From positions 2,016,001 to 2,080,000 of the forward strand of contig OZ253564.1 in the NCBI GenBank assembly GCA_965262915.1: DNA of 64,000 nt. The letters run 5' to 3'. Source of the DNA: Candidatus Spongiisociaceae bacterium (GTDB taxonomy: Bacteria; Actinomycetota; Acidimicrobiia; Spongiisociales; Spongiisociaceae). Shown piece by piece: positions 9,701 through 17,692 of the stretch. The notes under the pieces were generated by a model. The model was not told the DNA's origin. It saw only the letters and a list, made by a program, of their open reading frames with translations, and ran no database searches. The first letter of the stretch is position 1. The number at the start of each line of letters is the position of its first letter. The translations under genes were made by a program, and so were the position numbers.

Positions 9701-11807
9701 CGCGCACCCTGAGGGTTGCCGAGGTCAGTATCGCGGCCTCGAGTGAGTTCCAGATGATCCGCAGACTGTGGGCGACCGATACCGGTGAACGTCGCAGCTC
9801 CCATGTCCAACCATCCTCGGTGTGGCCGATCTCTCCGATGGCGATCCACTTCTCCGGGTCGTAGGCTCTCAGTATCCGGCCGATTGTCCGGGAGGCCTCC
9901 CGAGCGTGACGTCCGAGCCGCCTGACCTCGCTCTCCATCCGGTGGCGGCGGTAGCGGCCCGCCAGGTCTTTGGGAAGGTTCACCCGGTTCAGCGCGTCGG
10001 CTATACCTCGCAGGGCTTGCCCGAGGTGCTTGCCGGCCCGGAGGACGCATCCGTATTCGGGGTGGTCGGTATCGATCCCGGGGCGGATGCGGTACGAAGC
10101 CGGGTGCTTATGGTCCTGTCGGGCGCCCGTGCGGACACGTAGGTATTCCACCAACGCCTTTCCGAAGCTCGCCGAGGCATCGTGCGCCGACGCCACCGTC
10201 TTGCGGATCTCGCCCAGGGGTTGCTCTCGCAGAGACCACTTGGCGGCGTTGGCCAAGCGTGTCACTGTTCCGCGACGGTGTTGCGGATCCCACAGTGCGT
10301 CGCACAGGGTCAGGAGGTCGTCCTCGGACACCGCCTCGGAGAGGGCATCAGTGGCGGCATCCTCCAAGTTGTGAGCCTCGTCCAGTATCAGCCGTTTCGA
10401 GTGATCGAGCCAGTCGTCCCAGCTCACGAGGAGGGCGTGGTTGAGGACGGCCACGTGGGCGTTGCGTAGCCCCTCGCGGGCCCGGCGGTGGAAGTCGAGA
10501 CGATCGAGAGGACCCCACGTCGGCCGCGACGAGTTCTCCACTTGGAGCAGGAGACGGAAACGTCGTAGGACCTTCAGCCTTTTCTCGATAGCTCCGGCAC
10601 GGAGATCGCTCCAGTCGCCGGTGGGTGTCTGTGCAACCCACGCGCAGATCATGGCGAGAGTAAGTCCGATGTCCTGCGTGTACTCCCCGGGGGATTCCGC
10701 CAAGGCATCGAGTTCTCCGGCGAGCGAGTCCAGGCTGATGTAGTTGTGCTGACCTTTGAGAAGAACCGAGATGAACGGATCGATTTCGGTTCCGAGTTCC
10801 TCCAGGGCGGCCATCACCTGTTCTTGGAGGACCTTGGAGTGGGGGGCGACGATCACGGTGTCACCGCCGGCGCGGGCGTACTCGATCGCCGGGACCAGGT
10901 AGGCGAGAGTCTTGCCTGTGCCGGTGGGCGCCTCGATCAAGTGTTTGCCTCCCTTGCCCTGGGCAAGGGTGATGGCGATATGCCGCGCCATCTCGATCTG
11001 CTGTTTTCTGGGTTGGCGCGTCCGAGCCATCAAGACGCCGCCCTCTTCGAACTTCTCGACTACCGCATCGACGTCGAAGACTCCCGTAGGAGGGTGGCGG
11101 TCCGGCGGCTCGTACGAGGCGACCGTGTCCTCAAGGGCACCAGGTTCCGGTTGTGCTGTCAGGAAACCTGCCCAGGGATGGTTTACGGCGCCGAGCAACC
11201 AACGCTGCAACCGGCGCGCCGGGTCGTCTTCCTCCATATGCGCGAGCAACCGGGTAAGCACCCTGCTCAATAGCCGTGCGTCGTTGAGGGCGCGGTGTCG
11301 ATCGCGGGGGTCGTCCTCGAATAGATGCCCGGTCAACTCGTCGAGGCTTCGGCCCGCCGGCGGACAGCTACCGTCGACGTTCGCGGTGAGACCTTTACCG
11401 GCGCGGGGGAAGACCAGATGAGCCAACTCGAGGGTGTCGAGACGAGTCGTGTCCGGCGGGGATAACCCAGTCTTCTCTGCGGCCGAATCGAGGAGTGGAA
11501 AGTCGTATCCGAAACCATTGTGGGCGATCAGGGGACGGTCTCCCACGTAGTCGTAGAAATCCCGCAAGGCCTCGGCGAGCACCGGCGCCGAGGCGAGTTG
11601 GTCATCGGTGATCCCGGTGAGTTCCCGTGTGAACTCCCGCAAGGGCCGTGTCGGTCGGACCAGGGTTGCGAATCTGTCGATCGCCGTTTCGTCGGAGATG
11701 AGGATGGCGCCGATCTCGATGATCTCGTGCTCCGGAGGATCGGACCGATCGGCGTTGGCCTCCAAGTCGAAGACGACGTATTCGGTGATGCGTTGCGGTT
11801 CTGGCAT
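6786..11807 (-). CDS. Fusion of DEDDh 3'-5' exonuclease, DinG-like SF2 helicase and RecQ-like SF2 helicase (1673 aa)
   Basis: VFDLEA/AHNG..YD/HRALND (exonuclease); EAPTGTGKT, LDEAHNL, TSATL, FWEGVD, QGVGRLIR (DinG); LPTGSGKS, VDEAHCISQWGHSFRPEY, FGMGIDKPD, QETGRAAR, CRRR...CGRCDLC (RecQ plus Zn module). Confidence 0.9.
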   Translation of the reverse strand: MPEPQRITEYVVFDLEANADRSDPPEHEIIEIGAILISDETAIDRFATLVRPTRPLREFTRELTGITDDQLASAPVLAEALRDFYDYVGDRPLIAHNGFGYDFPLLDSAAEKTGLSPPDTTRLDTLELAHLVFPRAGKGLTANVDGSCPPAGRSLDELTGHLFEDDPRDRHRALNDARLLSRVLTRLLAHMEEDDPARRLQRWLLGAVNHPWAGFLTAQPEPGALEDTVASYEPPDRHPPTGVFDVDAVVEKFEEGGVLMARTRQPRKQQIEMARHIAITLAQGKGGKHLIEAPTGTGKTLAYLVPAIEYARAGGDTVIVAPHSKVLQEQVMAALEELGTEIDPFISVLLKGQHNYISLDSLAGELDALAESPGEYTQDIGLTLAMICAWVAQTPTGDWSDLRAGAIEKRLKVLRRFRLLLQVENSSRPTWGPLDRLDFHRRAREGLRNAHVAVLNHALLVSWDDWLDHSKRLILDEAHNLEDAATDALSEAVSEDDLLTLCDALWDPQHRRGTVTRLANAAKWSLREQPLGEIRKTVASAHDASASFGKALVEYLRVRTGARQDHKHPASYRIRPGIDTDHPEYGCVLRAGKHLGQALRGIADALNRVNLPKDLAGRYRRHRMESEVRRLGRHAREASRTIGRILRAYDPEKWIAIGEIGHTEDGWTWELRRSPVSVAHSLRIIWNSLEAAILTSATLRVRDSFAHVIDTLGLGAVRPTALDSPFTRLAENHLVLRTDYLPAPRARLIEEFRVSAAGEIPRLLTLTNGRGMVLMTARDRLEFVRDHARPILDARGIPLMAQGDDSAGALVERMRREQANSLLALRSFWEGVDIPGEALSLLIIEKIPFDSPADPVVGARMEVMERRGKDPFADYMVPRAALRFAQGVGRLIRAEDDRGVTVVLDNRLCRAVPYRDRILATLPGPPRLGRANRPEDAYRQIAEHLGDIAFDEQMRQRLRTITSADPWADLTELELVDADLADHEMIAHRLDEVRRRFGFERWRPGQRETMGAFIRGDDVLAVLPTGSGKSITFQIPALLSPGLTLVISPLRALMNDQVENLRARGIAKVATIHSGVGQGEWRDVLRGAARGDYKLLYVSPERLWSQEFVETLSGIGVARIAVDEAHCISQWGHSFRPEYATIPQALNRIRAQRSATQRHGPRRPPILAVTATATEEVRQDVRRSLQLELTGDAVVLSPDRPEIRYYTERCRDRKDRDLRVVQIVEAFRSQPAIVYVPTRKDTTRIAGLLTAAGLYARPYNGGMETPARRHVEDAFRHGEVNVVVATKAFGMGIDKPDIALIVHLEMPATIEEYVQETGRAARGAIEGKEPKTGAAVLLTMPGDCSIHRNFIRGAAPAPGQVRRVWSRIRTGTNPYDPDELDGGDDETDRGNVGLALAVHYLQEAGGLQRHLDTVWRGRVSITGTTEREIEELEVAHPKLARRGRELVRLVERLGSEEYRAATWGQQLGRPPARIAADLLELNRRDILGFSAWKYAWVLERLSEPDWGAIDEKVKDRQKVVAEKSKRAKRFALRAHGCRRRAMLDYLDADVSEECGRCDLCASLDRPWAGSHVTEEAILTSLPKRTVVLQLLYDTHQPYSHRNLVRTLVGKTYGLPERLKKHPAFGRLSILGTDGVEQLIDQLVEEGLAITTENEYDGTAYETLGITEDGRAYL

Positions 11808-11887
11808 GCCGTCGGCAGGCTATCAGGCACTCGTCTTCGGAGACGTAGACGGGTCACTGCGTTCTCACCGCGTCAAAGACCGTAACC

Positions 11888-11967
11888 GTGATGATGCTCA
11901 TGGCGCCCCGGCCCCTGGGGTTGCCGGTGGTCGTTGTCGACCTTTCTTCAACCCCCTGACACTGTGA
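11888..11967 (+). pseudogene. Degenerate copy of rseP 3' tail (right boundary of island)
   Basis: Reads VMMLMAPRPLGLPVVVVD/FNPLTL* versus rseP VVMLMLFLGLVAVVLDIVNPLTL*; last 20 nt 19/20 identical. Confidence 0.65.
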
Positions 11968-12092
11968 CGGCCGGTGGTCGGTGACCTGTGACGGGTGCAT
12001 GGTTCACGTACTCGTCGGACGCCGCGGCTACCATCAACTACGGAACCGGCACTCCACCGGTGGCGTGATACACCAGAAGTCACACTATCCCC

Positions 12093-12166
12093 GCCCATGT
12101 AGCTCAGGGGATAGAGCAACTGCCTCCTGAGCAGTAGGGTCGCAGGTTCGAGTCCTACCGAAGGCA
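12093..12166 (+). tRNA. tRNA-Arg(CCT), chimeric or degenerate (probable pseudo-tRNA)
   Basis: TAGCTCAGGGGATAGAGC D-arm, ACTGC-CTCCTGA-GCAGT anticodon arm, GGTTCGAGTCC T-loop; two acceptor-stem mismatches and one T-stem mismatch. Confidence 0.8.
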
Positions 12167-12191
12167 CTTCCTGAATTCGAGCGGAGCATGG

Positions 12192-12321
12192 TTGACCACC
12201 TCCAGCAGACGGTGCCCGTTGATAACGGGGGTTATAACGGTCTATGTAGCGGCGTGGACGGGATACGGCCTAGCAACGGGAGCCGGCCACGTCTTCCCGT
12301 ATCTCGCGTGGATGGTCCTGG
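12192..12321 (+). pseudogene. 5' fragment of a paralogue of the 12890 membrane protein
   Basis: RRCPLITGVITVYVAAWTGYGLATGAGHVFPYLAWM aligns with RRHPWLAGLTVAYVAVWTAYGLVTGTGQVYTYLAWM. Confidence 0.75.
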
Positions 12322-12828
12322 CCGGCGACCGGGGAGGCGGCCGGCTTCCTGGGGGTGTCCCCGGGTGCGCGCCGCGTTGCGGTCGGCCCGGTCCGGGCCG
12401 CCGGCCTGGCTTCCAGAGCCGAGTGGTCGATCATGACCGGCACCATCGAGGCGGTGGGGCGGATCCTGAGACCGGAGTCGTTGGTGGAGCTGGGGGGTGC
12501 GCTGGCGGGCCGGAGCGACGTGTCGGACGAGATACGACCGGTCAGCCCGATCGGCCTGGTGCAGATCGGAGCCCAGGTTTCCCGGGTGGGGATCGGGAAC
12601 ATCGTCTTCCTCCTGGCGGTGGTGAACGTGACGCTGGCTATTTTCAACAGCCTTCCGCTCTATCCCCTGGACGGCGGTCACTTCGCGGTGGCCCTGTACG
12701 AGAAGGTGACCCGGCGACGGGTGGACGTCCGCCGTCTCATCCCGTTGGCGGTGGCGGTGGTGATGCTGATGCTGTTCCTCGGGCTGGTGGCCGTGGTCCT
12801 CGACATCGTCAACCCCCTCACGCTATGA
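12322..12828 (+). repeat. 507-bp near-identical duplicate of rseP 3' half (4418-4924)
   Basis: Direct comparison shows only a handful of substitutions; lacks the N-terminal HExxH, so non-functional as a protease. Confidence 0.95.
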
Positions 12829-12889
12829 CGCCTGCCGTGAGCCCGCCGGTTCGAGCCCCGTCGGCTACCCGAACTCGTGGGGGCGCCCG

Positions 12890-13492
12890 GTGAGCGCGCG
12901 GGGAGGATGGTTCACGACAGGCGTCCGGCGGCACCCCTGGCTGGCCGGCCTCACGGTGGCCTACGTGGCGGTATGGACGGCCTACGGTCTCGTGACGGGT
13001 ACCGGCCAGGTCTACACCTACCTCGCCTGGATGATCTGTGCTGTCGGCCTCGTGATGTACGTCGACCGCCGGGTCCGCTTCTCCACCCATGTGCTGGTGT
13101 TGCTCTGCATCGTCGGGTTCTGCCACATGGCCGGAGGCAACGTCTACATCGAGGGGGTCATCCTCTACGAGCAGACCTGGTGGGGATACATCCGCTACGA
13201 CCACCTGGTCCACGCCTTCGGTCTGGGATCGGCCGGGCTGGCCGTCTGGGAGGCCACCCGCCGCATGCTGTCCACCGCCGGTCCCTGGAGCGTCGCGGTG
13301 GTGGTGGTCCTGGGTGCCAACACGGTCGGGGCCTGCATCGAGATCGGGGAGTACCTAGCCAGCCTGCTCATCCCGGGCGTCAGAGTGGGCGGTTATGCCA
13401 ACAACATGCAGGACCTGATAGCCAACCTGGCGGGAGCCCTGGTAGCCGCCTGGTGGGCTGCCCGGGCATCGCGCCGGACGCCCCTCTCCTGA
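12890..13492 (+). CDS. Multi-pass membrane protein, DUF2238/YjdF-like
   Basis: Hydrophobic helices with CHMAGG, RYDHLVH, EIGEY, NNMQDLIANLAGA motifs. Confidence 0.65.
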   Translation: MSARGGWFTTGVRRHPWLAGLTVAYVAVWTAYGLVTGTGQVYTYLAWMICAVGLVMYVDRRVRFSTHVLVLLCIVGFCHMAGGNVYIEGVILYEQTWWGYIRYDHLVHAFGLGSAGLAVWEATRRMLSTAGPWSVAVVVVLGANTVGACIEIGEYLASLLIPGVRVGGYANNMQDLIANLAGALVAAWWAARASRRTPLS

Positions 13493-13685
13493 ACTGTGGC
13501 ATGGTGTGTCTCCCGGGGCGACGTGTATTAGGGTTGTTGGACGCGTGTGAGTTCGCTAATATAGCGATAATAATCACCAGCAAGCATTACACGACTATCA
13601 GGAAGATATGTAAGAATCTCGCACCGGGATCTGGGGATTACCCTGAACACCGGCGATCATTGCCGACTTTTCAGGGGAGCATAGG

Positions 13686-13891
13686 ATGGCTACCGTTACG
13701 GAGCATCTGGTCGATGCCAGGGACGAAGCACGCTAGGCCGAAGTACGGACGGACATAGCGAAGCGCCTTGCTCGAGATCGAGAAAGGCCACAACAGGTTC
13801 CTGAGCCGGCTCTACACGATGGCTATAAGGTATTCTGCTGACAGTGATCGGTGTTATGGCTTCGATCGTGCTAGCGCTCATCGACATTTGA
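13686..13891 (+). pseudogene. Remnant of small coiled-coil protein with C-terminal TM helix
   Basis: MATVTEHLVDARDEAR*AEVRTDIAKR / LEIEKGHNRFLSRLYTMAI / GILLTVIGVMASIVLALIDI* with one stop and two frameshifts, in an AT-richer spacer. Confidence 0.4.
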
Positions 13892-13987
13892 TCGTAGGAC
13901 CACCGGGGTCCCGCGCAACCGACGTCGGCAGGGTCACCGACACTCTGTCTAGGCTGACATGCCCTCCGACGTTACACTCGGTAGTTG

Positions 13988-15199
13988 ATGAACCATCGTG
14001 ACGGGACCAGGCAGATTCGTGTAGGCCGGGTGCCGGTGGGCGGCGGTGCCCCGGTCTCCGTCCAGTCGATGACCACGACCAAGACCGCGGACGTGGACAA
14101 CACGCTCGCCCAGGTGTATGCGCTGGCCGCGAGCGGGGCGGATATCGTGCGCATAACGTGTAACGACGCGGGTGCCGCGCAGGGCTTGGCCGAGATCGTT
14201 CCCCGCTCGCCGGTTCCGATCATCGCGGACATCCACTACCAGTACCGGCTGGCCTTGGCGGCGATGGAAGCAGGGGTGCAGGGACTGAGGCTCAACCCGG
14301 GCAACATCCGCAAGCCGCATCAGATCCGTGCGGTGGCCAGGGAGGCGAAGGACCGCGGCCTTCCCATCCGGGTAGGAGTGAACGCGGGGAGTCTCGACCG
14401 CGACCTGATGGCCCGATTCGGTTCGGCTACGCCGGAAGCGCTGGTGGCATCAGCGCTCAAGGAGATCGAGTACCTGGCCGAGGAGGACTTCGAGGACATC
14501 AAGATCTCGGTGAAGCATTCCCACGTGCCAACGATGGTCGACTCCTACCGGCTTCTGGCCGATACCCTCGATTACCCGCTGCACCTCGGTGTGACCGAGG
14601 CGGGGCCTCCCCCGGGTGGCCTCATCAAGTCGGTGGCCGGCATAGCGACCCTTCTGCTCGAAGGGATCGGGGACACCATCCGCTTCTCTCTCACTGCGGA
14701 TCCGGTGGAGGAGGCCAAGGCAGGCAGGCAGTTGCTCGAGTACCTCGATCTGCGTGAGCGAACCGGGCTGGACCTGATCGCCTGCCCGAGTTGCGGAAGG
14801 GCCGAGGTGGATGTGCTCGAGGTGGCGCAGTCGGCACAGGCCAAGCTCGAGGAGGCCGAACTCCCGATCCAGGTGGCCGTGATGGGCTGCGTGGTCAACG
14901 GTCCGGGCGAGGCGCGCGAGGCGGACATAGGAATAGCCGCCGGACGGGGAAGAGGGCACCTGTTCATAAAGGGCAAGGTGGTGCGGGTGGTACCGGAGGC
15001 GGAGATGGTGGACGCCTTGCTGGACGAGGCCCGCAAGCTGGTCGAGGAGGGAGTGGAGGCCAGGGTGGCGGCTGCCGATCGAACTGCGGCCGGGGTAGCC
15101 GCCCGTGATCGGCGGGCGTTGCTGCAGATCCAGGGGGACGCCAACCAGGCGGCGGTTCGGCGGGCGGCGGTGGCGAGTGTGGCGGCGCGGGATCGCTGA
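13988..15199 (+). CDS. ispG: HMBPP synthase
   Basis: VQSMTTTKT, ADIHY, RLNPGNI, LHLGVTEAG, CPSCGR, VMGCVVNGPGEA. Confidence 0.97.
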   Translation: MNHRDGTRQIRVGRVPVGGGAPVSVQSMTTTKTADVDNTLAQVYALAASGADIVRITCNDAGAAQGLAEIVPRSPVPIIADIHYQYRLALAAMEAGVQGLRLNPGNIRKPHQIRAVAREAKDRGLPIRVGVNAGSLDRDLMARFGSATPEALVASALKEIEYLAEEDFEDIKISVKHSHVPTMVDSYRLLADTLDYPLHLGVTEAGPPPGGLIKSVAGIATLLLEGIGDTIRFSLTADPVEEAKAGRQLLEYLDLRERTGLDLIACPSCGRAEVDVLEVAQSAQAKLEEAELPIQVAVMGCVVNGPGEAREADIGIAAGRGRGHLFIKGKVVRVVPEAEMVDALLDEARKLVEEGVEARVAAADRTAAGVAARDRRALLQIQGDANQAAVRRAAVASVAARDR

Positions 15200-15277
15200 A
15201 CGCCGTCCCGGGCGAGCCGACCGGCGCGCCCCCCGCGATCATCTAACCTGCCGAGGCGTACCCTCTTAGGAGCCGCC

Positions 15278-16975
15278 ATGCGCTGGTCGAGAACGTTCAT
15301 ACCCACCCTCCGGGAAGATCCGGCCGACGCCGTGGCGCCCAGCCACCGGTTGCTGGTGCGCGGCGGCTTCATCCGCCAACTCATGGCGGGCTCCTATTCG
15401 ATGCTGCCGCTCGGTATGCGCGTCGCCCAGAAAGTCTCCCGAATCATCCGTGATGAGATGGACGCCATCGGCGGCCAGGAGTTCCTGGCGCCGGTGGTCC
15501 ACCCCGCCGAGATCTGGAAGAGGACCGGTCGCTGGGACGATGTCGAGGGAATCATGGTCAAGTTCGAGGACCGGAAGGGCGCCGATCTGGTGCTCGCCCT
15601 GACCCACGAGGAGGTCTTCGCGCATCTCGCGGCCGAGATGAGTTCCTACCGGGAACTGCCCCAGCTGTGGTACCACCTTCAGACCAAGTTCCGTGACGAG
15701 GCGCGTCCCAGGTCGGGTCTGCTCCGGGTCAGGGAGTTCATAATGAAGGACTCCTATTCCTTCGACTTGGACTCGGGCGGCCTCGACATCCAGTTCGAAG
15801 CCCATCGCGGCGCCTACGTCCGCATCTTCGCCCGCATGGGTTTGGATGCGATCCAGGTGGAGGCATCGTCGGGGAACATGGGAGGGACTGACTCGGTGGA
15901 GTTCGTGGTCCGGTCTCCCACAGGGGACGACCGAGTCGCTCTATGCGAGGAGTGCGGGTACGCGGCCAACCTCGAGCGGGCCGTGAGCAGGCTGGACGAA
16001 GTGGCCGATGATCCGTGGCCCGGACCGCCGGAGCCGTTCCCGACCCCCGGCGTCCGCACCATCGCCGCTCTGGCCGGGATGGGCGACGACACCGCGACCC
16101 GTCGCCAGATCAAGACGCTCATCTACGTGATCGGGGATCGGCTCGCCCTCGTGGTCCTCCGGGGCGACCACGATCTGGAGGTCCAGAAGCTCACGGACGC
16201 GGCAACCGATGTGGCTCGACCGGCTACCGAGGAGGAGATCCTGGAAGCGCTGGGCGCCCATCCGGGAAGCCTGGGGGCGGTCGGTGTGGACCTCCCGGTG
16301 ATGGCGGATCTTGCCCTGCGAGGTCGCTCGAACATGGTGACCGGCGCCAACCGGGACGACTTCCATCTTCGAGGGGTCGACGTCGAGCGCGACATAGCCG
16401 TGGGACGGTGGCTGGACCTGCGTAGCGTGAAGGACGGTGAGGCCTGCGCCCGGTGCCGAACGGGGGCCCTCTCGGTGTCGACCGTGATCGAAGTGGGTCA
16501 TATCTTCAAACTGGGCCTCAAGTACAGTGAGGCCTTGGGGGCCTCGGTGCTCGACCGCTCCGGCAAGCCGACCCCGCTCGTGATGGGTTCGTACGGCATC
16601 GGTGTGGGGAGGTCGATGGCGGCCATCGTCGAGGTTCGCCACGATGACAAGGGGATCGTCTGGCCGGTGTCCGTGGCGCCGTTCACGGTAGTGATCCTCT
16701 TGTTGCGCCCCGATCAGAAGGCCGTCCGCGAGGCGGGCGAGACCCTTTATCGAGATCTGTCGGAGGCGGGTGTCGATGTCATCCTCGACGACCGGAACGA
16801 GCGGCCCGGGGTGAAGTTCGCCGACGCGGAACTGGTCGGGATCCCGTACCGGCTGACGGTCGGCCCGCGGGGACTCAAGTCGGCAGAGGCCGAGTTGCGG
16901 TCGCGTGACGGATCGGTGGACGAATCGGTGGCGCTCGACGATGTGGTGGCAAGGATCTGCGGGTTGACCGGGTAG
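15278..16975 (+). CDS. proS: Proline-tRNA ligase
   Basis: THEE, KFRDEARPRSGLLRVREFIMKDSYSF, EVGHIFKLG, MGSYGIGVGR. Confidence 0.97.
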   Translation: MRWSRTFIPTLREDPADAVAPSHRLLVRGGFIRQLMAGSYSMLPLGMRVAQKVSRIIRDEMDAIGGQEFLAPVVHPAEIWKRTGRWDDVEGIMVKFEDRKGADLVLALTHEEVFAHLAAEMSSYRELPQLWYHLQTKFRDEARPRSGLLRVREFIMKDSYSFDLDSGGLDIQFEAHRGAYVRIFARMGLDAIQVEASSGNMGGTDSVEFVVRSPTGDDRVALCEECGYAANLERAVSRLDEVADDPWPGPPEPFPTPGVRTIAALAGMGDDTATRRQIKTLIYVIGDRLALVVLRGDHDLEVQKLTDAATDVARPATEEEILEALGAHPGSLGAVGVDLPVMADLALRGRSNMVTGANRDDFHLRGVDVERDIAVGRWLDLRSVKDGEACARCRTGALSVSTVIEVGHIFKLGLKYSEALGASVLDRSGKPTPLVMGSYGIGVGRSMAAIVEVRHDDKGIVWPVSVAPFTVVILLLRPDQKAVREAGETLYRDLSEAGVDVILDDRNERPGVKFADAELVGIPYRLTVGPRGLKSAEAELRSRDGSVDESVALDDVVARICGLTG

Positions 16976-17015
16976 TTCACGGGGACGCGGTCGGCTGTCC
17001 TCAGTTTCGTGCCGT

Positions 17016-17085
17016 TGCTATAATCGCGCCAAACTCGAAGGACGTGACTTTGTGGTACAAGGTGGGCGCCCAGCCCGCTTTTTTT
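17016..17085 (+). promoter_or_regulatory. Extended -10 promoter and rimP leader hairpin
   Basis: TGcTATAAT at 17016-17024; hairpin AAGGTGGGC-gccca-GCCCGCTTT followed by T-run at 17059-17085, resembling the hairpin commonly seen upstream of rimP. Confidence 0.6.
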
Positions 17086-17205
17086 GTTGTCGACGCCGGT
17101 TGGCCCGGGCCTCCTGGCGTCTCCGCCGCGCCCGCAGGTACCCCGTCTTCCAACCGACCGCTCCGGTCGGAGAACCGGGTGGCAGACGGTCGGGGAGTGG
17201 ATGCT

Positions 17206-17688
17206 GTGACGATTGACGAGCACTTGTGGGAGATGTGTGAGGACTACTTGCACTCCGAAGGCCTGGAACTGGACGATCTGGTGGTGGCGGGTCGCGGGCC
17301 GCGCCTCGTCCGGATAACCATCGACCGTGACGGCGGCGTGGATGTCGAGCAGCTCGCCGCCGCCGCGCGAGCTCTGTCCCACCGCCTCGACGAGATGGAT
17401 CCTTTCGACGGTTCCTACTCTCTCGAGGTGACCTCGCCGGGCCTGGAGCGGCCGCTGCGGCGACCCCGTCACTTCCGAAAGTCGATCGGTAGGGACATCG
17501 TCGTCAAGACCCACGTGGACGTGGCGGGCGCCCGGCACCATCGCGGCGTGCTGGAAGACGTGGGCGCCGACCACTTCGTCGTCAGAGTCGACAGCGTCGC
17601 GCGGCGGATCGCGTTCGGGGACGTGCGTTTGGCACAGACCCGGTTCGAGTGGAAGAAGCAACCGAAGTCGGCCAGGAAATCGGGGTAA
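17206..17688 (+). CDS. rimP: Ribosome maturation factor RimP
   Basis: YSLEVTSPGLERPL motif; first gene of nusA-infB operon; start chosen after GGAG. Confidence 0.9.
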   Translation: MTIDEHLWEMCEDYLHSEGLELDDLVVAGRGPRLVRITIDRDGGVDVEQLAAAARALSHRLDEMDPFDGSYSLEVTSPGLERPLRRPRHFRKSIGRDIVVKTHVDVAGARHHRGVLEDVGADHFVVRVDSVARRIAFGDVRLAQTRFEWKKQPKSARKSG

Positions 17689-17692
17689 CGAG

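Noticed and set aside
4925-12828. Prophage or ICE at the tRNA
   Set aside because: No integrase, phage structural, replication or conjugation genes present.
12192-12893. 233-aa ORF as a novel fusion protein
   Set aside because: The membrane-protein fragment joins the rseP copy out of frame, so the remainder is off-frame low-complexity sequence.
13921-13942. TGTCGGTG PafBC-like motif on the minus strand
   Set aside because: No TAnnnT at the required 10-nt spacing.
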